Source of the DNA: an uncultured Pseudohongiella sp.
Lineage (GTDB): Bacteria; Pseudomonadota; Gammaproteobacteria; Pseudomonadales; Pseudohongiellaceae
Length of the DNA: 64,000 nucleotides
Assembly: GCA_965262465.1 (NCBI GenBank)
Contig: OZ253535.1
Location: forward strand, 3,573,704 to 3,637,703
Direction of reading: 5' to 3'
Both the position numbers and the translations under genes were made by a program. Under the pieces are notes generated by a model that was not told the DNA's origin, searched no databases, and saw nothing but the letters and a program-made list of their open reading frames with translations. Positions 56,487 to 64,000 of the stretch are shown in pieces. Position 1 is the stretch's first letter, and each line of letters opens with the position of its first letter.

Positions 56487-57527
56487 GTGCCGCATTCAGA
56501 AGAAAAAATCTTGATCATAGGACCGGCCTGGGTCGGCGATATGGTCATGGCACAGTCACTTTTTATTTCGCTAAAACAACAAAACCCACTTGCCAGAATT
56601 TCGGTAATGGCCCCCGATTGGACTCGGCCATTACTGGATCGCATGCCAGAGGTTGAGGAAAGCATTGGATCTGAACTTGATCATGGTGAATTGAAACTGA
56701 GTGTTAGACGCAAGATTGGCAAATCCCTTCGACAGGAAAAGTTCGACCGGGCCATCGTATTACCTAACTCGTTTAAGTCGGCGCTAATTCCATTTCACGC
56801 AGGTATTCCCAACAGAACTGGATGGAAAGGTGAGTGGCGACGCCCTTTATTGAATGATTGTCGCAGGCTCAATAAAGATAATTTCCCTCGTATGGTTGAT
56901 CGCTTTGCTGCTCTTGCTTATCCAGCTGCTGATCGACCACCAGCAGACACGCCGAATCCCAACTTGCGAGTTAATAGCGATCAAGTTAACGCGACAGTTA
57001 ATGAATTCAAATTAGACCGATCGAAAAAGATTGCCGCAATTTGCGCTGGGGCAGAATTCGGTGAGTCCAAGCAGTGGCCAGCAAGACACTATGCTTCTAT
57101 GGTCAATGCTTTAATTGAAGATGGTTGGGAGGCTTGGTTCTTTGGGTCGGCTAACGATCAAATAATCAGCGAATCGATTATGGCTGATATCGAGCCAAGC
57201 CATCTCGCGGCCTGCAAAAACCTGACGGGCAGTACCTCATTGGCCCAGGCTATCGACCTTATGTCATGCGTTGATGCCGTTGTATCCAACGATTCTGGCT
57301 TAATGCATGTGGGTGCTGCGCTTGGCAAACCAGTCATTGGCATATATGGCTCGACCTCACCTGACTTTACACCGCCCTTAGCCGAAAGGGTAAAATTACT
57401 AGCGACAGATATAGAGTGCCGACCTTGCTTCAAACGTCAATGTCCCTATGGACATTTGCGCTGTTTAACTGAGTTAAATCCAGAGCTGGCCATTGCTGCA
57501 GTTAAGCAACTCGTCCCTACAAGCTAG
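56487..57527 (+). CDS. waaF: ADP-heptose:LPS heptosyltransferase II
   Basis: KILIIGPAWVGDMVMAQSLF...VLPNSFKSALIPFHAGIPNRTGWKGE...SNDSGLMHVGAALGKPVIGIYGSTSPDFTPPL is colinear with E. coli WaaF. GTG start. Confidence 0.92.
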   Translation: MPHSEEKILIIGPAWVGDMVMAQSLFISLKQQNPLARISVMAPDWTRPLLDRMPEVEESIGSELDHGELKLSVRRKIGKSLRQEKFDRAIVLPNSFKSALIPFHAGIPNRTGWKGEWRRPLLNDCRRLNKDNFPRMVDRFAALAYPAADRPPADTPNPNLRVNSDQVNATVNEFKLDRSKKIAAICAGAEFGESKQWPARHYASMVNALIEDGWEAWFFGSANDQIISESIMADIEPSHLAACKNLTGSTSLAQAIDLMSCVDAVVSNDSGLMHVGAALGKPVIGIYGSTSPDFTPPLAERVKLLATDIECRPCFKRQCPYGHLRCLTELNPELAIAAVKQLVPTS

Positions 57528-57571
57528 TAAATAACTATCTGAACAACTAAAAGAACAAGGAATTTTCTCAG

Positions 57572-58642
57572 TTGCGCGTCCTAATCGTTAAAGTCTCTTC
57601 TCTCGGTGACATCATTCACACCTTACCGGCCGTCACCGATGCGCATCGTGCTCACCCGGATTTGGTTTTCGACTGGGTGGTCGAAGAAAATTTCGTCGAA
57701 GTGCCTGCCTGGCACCCCGCAGTTGATAAGGTCATCCCGGTTGCTATTCGGCGCTGGCGCAGAAACCTGGTTAAGACCTATATGCGAAAAGAGTTTCGCA
57801 GTTTTAAACATGCCTTGCAGGGCGAGCACTACGATTTTGTAATTGATGCTCAAGGACTAATTAAGAGTGGCCTAATAAGTCGTCTTTCAAGAGGACTTAC
57901 CATCGGATTGAGCAACCGGACTATTCGTGAACCTCTGGCCACATTGTTTTACAACAAGGTGTATTCAGTTCCCTGGACCGAGCATGCAGTAGATCGGGTG
58001 AGAGAATTGTTCTCCCGTGCGCTTAAACATCGATACGATAAAGAGCACATTGACTATGGTCTCGATGTTTCGCGATTTTCTGAGGAGTCAAAAGAGTCGT
58101 CCGATTCTCGCGATCAAAAAACTGTAGTGTTTTTACACGGCACCACCTGGGCTACTAAACACTGGCCCGAACACTATTGGAAACATCTGGCTCATATTGC
58201 GAATGAGTCTGGATATCATGTGATATTGCCTTGGGGCGATGACAGCGAGCGCCAGCGTGCAGAGTTTATTGCGCGCGATAATTCAGGGGCAGAAGTATTA
58301 GACAAACAATCATTGTCGGGCATCGCCAGTGAAATTAATCGCTCAGACGGCGTAATCGCAGTCGACACTGGATTAGGGCACCTCGCAGCGGCATTGGCCA
58401 AACCTACGGTTTCCCTTTATGGCCCAACAGACCCTGGATTATCAGGCACGTTTGGAGAGAACCAACTGCATTTAAATTCCAACTTTAATTGCGCGCCTTG
58501 CATGAAACGCAGTTGTGGCTACACCGGACCAGGTATTACTGATGAATTTGGCGATCAGCCGTTTGCGGTAACGCCCCCTTGTTTCTCTGCCCATAAACCT
58601 GAAAACGTTTGGCAGCAATTCGAAAAACTTGTATCGAGTTAG
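57572..58642 (+). CDS. waaC: ADP-heptose:LPS heptosyltransferase I
   Basis: (M)RVLIVKVSSLGDIIHTLPAVTDA...FDWVVEENF...VIPVAIRRWR...DTGLGHLAAAL..VSLYGPTDPGL is colinear with E. coli WaaC. TTG start. Confidence 0.92.
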   Translation: MRVLIVKVSSLGDIIHTLPAVTDAHRAHPDLVFDWVVEENFVEVPAWHPAVDKVIPVAIRRWRRNLVKTYMRKEFRSFKHALQGEHYDFVIDAQGLIKSGLISRLSRGLTIGLSNRTIREPLATLFYNKVYSVPWTEHAVDRVRELFSRALKHRYDKEHIDYGLDVSRFSEESKESSDSRDQKTVVFLHGTTWATKHWPEHYWKHLAHIANESGYHVILPWGDDSERQRAEFIARDNSGAEVLDKQSLSGIASEINRSDGVIAVDTGLGHLAAALAKPTVSLYGPTDPGLSGTFGENQLHLNSNFNCAPCMKRSCGYTGPGITDEFGDQPFAVTPPCFSAHKPENVWQQFEKLVSS

Positions 58643-58650
58643 ATCGAGTC

Positions 58651-59775
58651 ATGCGCCTTTGCTTACTCATCTACAATTACTTTCCCTACGGTGGTCAGCA
58701 GCGAGATTTCTTGCGAATCGCGAATACTTGTCTTGCCCGTGGGCATGAAGTCAAAGTTTTCACTTTGCGCTGGCAAGGAGACATTCCCGAAGGGCTGGAT
58801 GTCACACTGGTGCCAGTAAAATCCTCGAGTAGGCTGAAGCTGTATCAACGTTTTAATGAGTGGGTGTTGTCTGCTTTAGAAGAAGAGTCGTTCGATGCAG
58901 TAATTGGTTTCAACAAAATGCCTGGACTGGATGTCTACTTCGCCGCTGACTCCTGCTTTATCGAAAAGGCTGATACGCAACGGGGCGCCTATTACAAGTT
59001 CACTCCCCGTTACAAACATTTCCTTGCTCATGAACGCGCTGTATTTGGAGACACCTGCACGACTCACTCACTAGTGCTTTCACCGCTGCAACGGGATGCT
59101 TACCTAAAATACTATCCGCAATGTGAAGACCGTCTTCATCTATTACCAGCAGGGATGGCCGAAGACAGAAAGGTTGAACGTCGAGATGAAGAGGCGAGAG
59201 CTTCATTAAGGGCGGAATTTGGTGTTTCTGATAATGAGCTTTTAATTCTGCAGGTTGGTTCAGGCTTCAAAATAAAAGGTGTCGATCGAGCGTTGAAGTC
59301 GATTGCTTCCCTGCCGCAAGAATGGCAGCAGCGAGTACGCTATATATTGGTGGGCCAGGGCAAACCAAACCGGTTTTTGCGCTTGGCCAAGAAACTAGGC
59401 CTGGAAAATCGAGTGTCTGTTCTACCAGGCAGAGACGATATACCCCGTTTCTTCGCAGGTGCTGATCTCTTGTTGCATCCTGCTTACCAAGAGAGTGCAG
59501 GTTACGTGCTGTTAGAAGCTGCAATTGCAGGCCTACCAGTCTTAACTACCGCTAGCTGTGGCTATGCGTTTCACATTGAGCAAGCCAAAGTGGGTGAAGT
59601 GTGCTCCGAACCATTCCAGCAACGGGAACTGGATGAACGTTTGCTCTCGATGTTGCGAGAATTGCCTACGGCATCGTGGTCTAATAATGGTATCGCTTAT
59701 GGTGCAAATCCGGATTTGTATCGCATGAGCGATCATGCCACCGATTTGATAGAGCAGTTGGTGCAAGCGAGATAA
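58651..59775 (+). CDS. waaG: LPS core alpha-1,3-glucosyltransferase-type GT4 enzyme
   Basis: MRLCLLIYNYFPYGGQQRDFLRIA...GFNKMPGLDVYFAADSCF...LLLHPAYQESAGYVLLEAAIAGLPVLTTASCGYA is colinear with E. coli WaaG. Start set at ATG 58651. Confidence 0.9.
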   Translation: MRLCLLIYNYFPYGGQQRDFLRIANTCLARGHEVKVFTLRWQGDIPEGLDVTLVPVKSSSRLKLYQRFNEWVLSALEEESFDAVIGFNKMPGLDVYFAADSCFIEKADTQRGAYYKFTPRYKHFLAHERAVFGDTCTTHSLVLSPLQRDAYLKYYPQCEDRLHLLPAGMAEDRKVERRDEEARASLRAEFGVSDNELLILQVGSGFKIKGVDRALKSIASLPQEWQQRVRYILVGQGKPNRFLRLAKKLGLENRVSVLPGRDDIPRFFAGADLLLHPAYQESAGYVLLEAAIAGLPVLTTASCGYAFHIEQAKVGEVCSEPFQQRELDERLLSMLRELPTASWSNNGIAYGANPDLYRMSDHATDLIEQLVQAR

Positions 59776-59777
59776 CC

Positions 59778-61526
59778 ATGACAAATGTCACACTCGGATT
59801 AGCAGGCGCAATCGGCCATGACCCGGCCGCAGCTCTGATTGTCGACGGCAAACTCGTGGCGGCGGTAGAAGAAGAGCGCCTTATCCGTCGTAAGCACGCG
59901 AAAAATGAAATGCCCTATTTGTCAGCCCGCCAGTGTTTGCAAATTGCGGGACTGCGCGCCGACGATGTTACCCACGTTGCTATTCCCTATGCACCGGTCT
60001 CACTGTTTAGCCGTGCGCGCTGGCATTATGCCTATCGTCACTGGTATGCCCCTGATCGCAGCATCGATAGTTTGTTCAATGGCAATCGACGATACCGGCG
60101 GTATGTTCGTGAATTGCGCGGACTGTTAGAGAAGCTGCATATTTCTCCAAACAAAATTCAACTGGTGCCTGTTGAACATCAGCTGGCCCACGCAAGCAGT
60201 GCCTATCATTTAGCAGAAACCGATGAACGCACAGCCATTTTCTGCAATGACTCAAAAGGTGAATACGCTGCAATTTTTCTTGGTAGTGGTCATAAGGGGA
60301 AAATAAAAAAGATTAAGCGCTTCTACAGCCCTGACTCATTGTGCGGCATGTATGCAGCGCTGACTGACTATCTCGGCTTTGAAATCTTGGATGGTGAGTA
60401 CAAAGTGATGGGTATCGCCGCATATGGAGATCCCGACAAGTACGACCTGTCGTATCTGGCCCGTTTTGACGGAAAGCAATTTAAAGTCGATACACGCCTT
60501 ATCACGACTATCGGATTGCGTCGCTACAAAGCGAAATCCAAAGGTCATTATTTCAGTGGAAAGTTAGTGGAGAAGCTCGGCCCTCGTCGTGCAGGAAATC
60601 TCTTGGAAGATCCCTACGTGCACTATGCTGCTTCGATTCAAAAGTTATACGAAGACATCGCAATTGGCTTAATCGAAAACTATCTTGGAGACATTCTTAA
60701 AGAGACGGGGCGACTTGCAGTAGCAGGAACAGGGTCGATGAATATCCGACTTAACCAGCGCATTAAATCCCATCCCCTGGTGAACGAAATAATCGTACAT
60801 CCAGCTTGTGGTGATCCTGGTACCGCCATTGGTGCGGCGGCTTATGCCGTGCGCCAACAGGGCATAAAGATTGAACCGGTGAATGCCATGAATTTGGGGC
60901 CGTCATTCACCACTGATCAATGCATCAATGCCTGCATGATGCATCGCGAGAAACCTCAATGGGAGATCATTCCCGATCCCCATGAAACCGCAGCAGAACT
61001 CTTGAGCAATGGACAACTGGTTGCGTGGTTTCGGGGCGCAATGGAGTTCGGGCCTCGCGCATTAGGTAATCGCAGCATCCTCGCCAATCCAAACCAGATG
61101 GGAATCATTGATGCGATTAATCATCAGGTGAAGTTTCGTGAACATTGGCGTCCATTTTCCCCAAGCATTCTCGACACGGTCGCGGAAGAAATGTTGCCAG
61201 GCCAGAGTCATGACGAATACATGCTGTTCAATACCCCTGTGAGTCGCAAGTGGCAGGAAAAGTATCCAGTTATTGTGTATCGTGATGGCAGCAGTCGCGC
61301 GCAAGTCGTACGGGAATCTTCCAATCCAGATTTCTATGCATTGTTAAAACGCTTTCAAGATAAAACGGGACATGGATTGTTGATCAACGCTACCTTAAGT
61401 CGTCCGGGTGAAGCACTGGTGTGCACCCCTGAAGATGCGGTCAACATGTTTATGGGAACCGATCTAAACTACATGATTCTGGAAGATGTGTTAGTGACTA
61501 AGCGCGAAGTGAGCGAAGACTGGTAG
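59778..61526 (+). CDS. carbamoyltransferase (NodU/CmcH family)
   Basis: 582 aa. LGLAGAIGHDPAAALIVDGKLVAAVEEERLIRRKHA N-terminus and ...FGPRALGNRSILANP... are typical of the family. It occupies the same position as the carbamoyltransferase in the Pseudomonas aeruginosa core-OS cluster (from memory). Confidence 0.88.
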   Translation: MTNVTLGLAGAIGHDPAAALIVDGKLVAAVEEERLIRRKHAKNEMPYLSARQCLQIAGLRADDVTHVAIPYAPVSLFSRARWHYAYRHWYAPDRSIDSLFNGNRRYRRYVRELRGLLEKLHISPNKIQLVPVEHQLAHASSAYHLAETDERTAIFCNDSKGEYAAIFLGSGHKGKIKKIKRFYSPDSLCGMYAALTDYLGFEILDGEYKVMGIAAYGDPDKYDLSYLARFDGKQFKVDTRLITTIGLRRYKAKSKGHYFSGKLVEKLGPRRAGNLLEDPYVHYAASIQKLYEDIAIGLIENYLGDILKETGRLAVAGTGSMNIRLNQRIKSHPLVNEIIVHPACGDPGTAIGAAAYAVRQQGIKIEPVNAMNLGPSFTTDQCINACMMHREKPQWEIIPDPHETAAELLSNGQLVAWFRGAMEFGPRALGNRSILANPNQMGIIDAINHQVKFREHWRPFSPSILDTVAEEMLPGQSHDEYMLFNTPVSRKWQEKYPVIVYRDGSSRAQVVRESSNPDFYALLKRFQDKTGHGLLINATLSRPGEALVCTPEDAVNMFMGTDLNYMILEDVLVTKREVSEDW

Positions 61527-61532
61527 GGATTG

Positions 61533-63041
61533 CTAATAGTTAGAACGCCGGTAGATGCCGACTCGTGGCTCACCTTCTGCTGGAAACACTGCAAGTTGCT
61601 GCAAGTAAGGTGCAACCTCTGGATTCTCTACCAGGACAGTCATCTCATAAATCAACTCAATGGCAATGATGTCCCCAGGATTTGTCCGCGCCACTTCTTC
61701 CACTGTGAGTATACGCAGCACTTCATCGTAGTTTTCGACTTCACCAGAGAAGTAAGCAATTGTGTGGTTGTTTGTTAGCACGCTATTTGTCGATTGCACC
61801 GACTCGCTGACGTAACTAGCTGAATCCAGCAACCAGTCTTTGGGTTTGCCAAAACTTACATAGGAATCAATTGCACAGTAGACAAAAAATAGCACCAGGA
61901 ATTGGGTGCCAAATCGCTCCCATTTCGTATCTCTCTTTGCCTCGACAATTCTCTGAATAACAAATGGAACCTGAACTGCAACCATGAGTGCCAGCAATAC
62001 AGCGTAGCGGCTAGTGAGATAACGGGTGATATAGAGAAACACAAATAGAATGACCGCATTGATCAAGAGATAAACCAATACAGGCTTCAACTGCTGGGAA
62101 TCGAATGCCATGCGTTTACGCAACCAGGCAAACACGAGTAGCCAAAAGTAAGGCCCACTGATGGCATAGAACACAGTCATAAACAGAACAACGAGCAACC
62201 CAACAGCAATCACAGCTGTTACGTATTGGCGCGAGAATGTCGAAGCATATTCGCCGAATATGGCGTTGCCCATGGCAGCCACATCAGCTTCACTTGGATT
62301 TAACGCGTTTGCTAAAAATGGTTGGTAAACCGAAATGAACTCTACGAGCAGCCCAAACAGGTTGATACCTGCGATCAGCATCGCAACGAATCCGACTACA
62401 CCCAACGCTGCAATCACGGAATATAACCGCAGCAAGCCTGCTTGGTTAGTTGAGCTCCCTTGTCGCTTATCCAGTAGCAACGACAATGGGGTAAACGCCA
62501 GATAGAGAATTGCCTCTACTCTAAACAGCGTGGCAAAGCCCAATGCAAAGCAGAATAAGACACCTTGCTTCAGCTCACGATCTCGGTAGAACAGCATAAA
62601 CTGCCACAGACCTAACAGGGAAAATGCCCAGAAGCCGATGTCACGAATCACCATTTCGCGGTATTCGTTTAACTCTGGGAACACAAGAACTGTAAGTGCG
62701 CTTAACCAAGCAATTGGATTAGAGTCATCTATTGTTTGGACAATGCTAATAAAAGAAAAAACGATCAATGCAAACAGCAAAGCATTAATAAGATGTGCGG
62801 CGGCAAAAAGAGGAATCCCTATCGAGCTTAAGAGCCCAATTAATATTGGGTAACCAGCCCATGTATAGTGGCTGATTGCAGCACCAACACCTTGTTCACG
62901 AAATATGTCAGCTGCACGTATGTAGGTATAAGCGTCGTCGTTAGGTATATCAGCGAGCAGAAATGTGTAGAGTGAAAGCAATAAACTGGCAGCGACTGCA
63001 CACAGTCGCACATCGAGATTTTGCCAGTAAGTTTTATCCAT
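61533..63041 (-). CDS. polytopic membrane protein, probable GT-C fold glycosyltransferase (ArnT/PMT_2-like)
   Basis: 502 aa with about 11-12 TM segments, an acidic first-loop motif IPNDDAYTYIRAADIF and a soluble C-terminal domain. It lies 15 nt downstream of lpxL on the same strand. Confidence 0.5.
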   Translation of the reverse strand: MDKTYWQNLDVRLCAVAASLLLSLYTFLLADIPNDDAYTYIRAADIFREQGVGAAISHYTWAGYPILIGLLSSIGIPLFAAAHLINALLFALIVFSFISIVQTIDDSNPIAWLSALTVLVFPELNEYREMVIRDIGFWAFSLLGLWQFMLFYRDRELKQGVLFCFALGFATLFRVEAILYLAFTPLSLLLDKRQGSSTNQAGLLRLYSVIAALGVVGFVAMLIAGINLFGLLVEFISVYQPFLANALNPSEADVAAMGNAIFGEYASTFSRQYVTAVIAVGLLVVLFMTVFYAISGPYFWLLVFAWLRKRMAFDSQQLKPVLVYLLINAVILFVFLYITRYLTSRYAVLLALMVAVQVPFVIQRIVEAKRDTKWERFGTQFLVLFFVYCAIDSYVSFGKPKDWLLDSASYVSESVQSTNSVLTNNHTIAYFSGEVENYDEVLRILTVEEVARTNPGDIIAIELIYEMTVLVENPEVAPYLQQLAVFPAEGEPRVGIYRRSNY

Positions 63042-63056
63042 TGCTTTTTCGATAGT

Positions 63057-64000
63057 TCAGTATGGGTTTTCTGTTTTTCCAGGCGGTGGCGTTTTAAATC
63101 GTTTGTGCAGCCAGAGATATTGATCAGGCTGTTTTCTAATCGCTTCTTCCACCCATCTGTTAATTATTTTTCCATCAGTCTCATCGTCCCCACTGGGATA
63201 ATCATCCCACTCAGGACTGAAATGGATTTCGTATGCAGTGTTTTCTTGGTTTCTATAATGGCTGAAAAAGAGAACCGGTGAATCGTTAAATTTGGCAAAG
63301 CGACTGCCTGCAGTAATCGTAGCAGCGAGGTTACCAAAGAAGGGCACGAAAACCGAGTGCTGCGCCCCGTAGTCCTGATCGGGCGCATACCACAACATTC
63401 TTCCTTCCTTTAAACATCGCATGGCGCCTCGAATGTCTTTGCGTTCGTAAACACCTTTGTAGTGTTGGCGTCTACCATTAAACATAAAGGCATCAAATAG
63501 GGGATTCTTATCATTACGTCGATAAGTAGCATTGATGTCACCAACCAGGCTGAAGAGAAAACCTGCTATTTCAAAGGTAGTGAGATGTGAACCGACAAGA
63601 AACACACCACGCCCTTTTGCCAGAGCGGCTTCAAGATTTTCCAAGCCATGAAAGCTGACCCGATCACGATAGCGTTCTTTATTGCCACACCAGGCAATAC
63701 AAATTTCTATGAAGCCAATGCCGTTTGACAAAAACGTCTGCCTAACAAGACGCTTTCTTTCTTGATCATTTAGTTCCGGAAAACAAAGTTTGATATTCGT
63801 TTCGCACACATGCCGCCGGCCACGTGCCAAGAAATAGGACAACCAACCGAGCAGTTGGCCTAGTTTAATCTGCACATAAAAAGGTAGATGTGCCACCAGC
63901 CGCATGCAAAAAATGCCAATCCAGGTTGGCCAATAGCGTGGTGATTTGAATTGACCAAGTGGAATCAGATGGTCGTCATTTTGAGATGCAGGGTTGGTCA
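63057..64000 (-). CDS. lpxL: lipid A biosynthesis lauroyl/secondary acyltransferase (LpxL/HtrB family), 5' end at or beyond the window edge
   Basis: ...SPRYWPTWIGIFCMRLVAHLPF...NIKLCFPE...HLTTFEI...WYAPDQDYG... follows E. coli LpxL. The frame stays open upstream of Met 63905 to position 64000 without an in-frame ATG, so the true start is upstream or non-ATG. Confidence 0.85.
   Translation of the reverse strand, partial: TNPASQNDDHLIPLGQFKSPRYWPTWIGIFCMRLVAHLPFYVQIKLGQLLGWLSYFLARGRRHVCETNIKLCFPELNDQERKRLVRQTFLSNGIGFIEICIAWCGNKERYRDRVSFHGLENLEAALAKGRGVFLVGSHLTTFEIAGFLFSLVGDINATYRRNDKNPLFDAFMFNGRRQHYKGVYERKDIRGAMRCLKEGRMLWYAPDQDYGAQHSVFVPFFGNLAATITAGSRFAKFNDSPVLFFSHYRNQENTAYEIHFSPEWDDYPSGDDETDGKIINRWVEEAIRKQPDQYLWLHKRFKTPPPGKTENPY

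Overview
This 64 kb window looks like a chromosomal segment of a gammaproteobacterium. The gene order resembles Pseudomonadales/Cellvibrionales-type marine gammaproteobacteria (recG-ridA-spoT-rpoZ-gmk, yicC/rph-pyrE, slmA-argB-algC-coaBC, radC/rpmB-rpmG, rpoH-ftsX-ftsE-ftsY, waaF-waaC-waaG), but that placement is inference from synteny only. About three quarters of the window is recognisable housekeeping: a TRAP transporter, DNA repair (uvrD, recG, mutM), the stringent response, CoA, pyrimidine and arginine synthesis, tRNA/rRNA methyltransferases, cell division and the LPS inner core. I found no rRNA, tRNA, CRISPR array, integrase or prophage by eye. The stand-out region is a co-directional, tightly spaced and partly overlapping cluster of 13 genes at 39296-54438, with a GspE/PilB-type ATPase just downstream at 54633-56438. 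Almost every product of this cluster is targeted to the envelope. Its core is a MotA/ExbB/TolQ-type proton channel, a degenerate Hsp70/actin-fold protein, and two paralogous bitopic proteins. Each paralog has an ExbD/TolR-like Asp-bearing TM helix followed by a periplasmic coiled coil and a vWA (MIDAS) domain. Around this core sit a TonB-C-like protein, TPR proteins, a membrane-anchored 5xPEGA plus FGE-sulfatase-fold protein, several lipoproteins (one extremely Ser/Gln/Gly-rich) and an M48 lipoprotein protease. I propose it as a candidate undescribed proton-motive-force-driven envelope machine, a derived Ton/Tol/Agl-like 5:2 motor with adhesin-like B subunits. Secondary observations are: an IS200/RayT-like Y1-transposase fold with a degenerate HUH motif fused to a DnaA domain-IV HTH; a frameshifted fatty-acid hydroxylase next to a TetR gene with a perfect 9-bp inverted-repeat operator; a split TRAP transporter locus; and a waaFCG-carbamoyltransferase LPS core cluster without waaP. 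All homology calls come from reading the translations and from memory of reference proteins. No search or computation was run.
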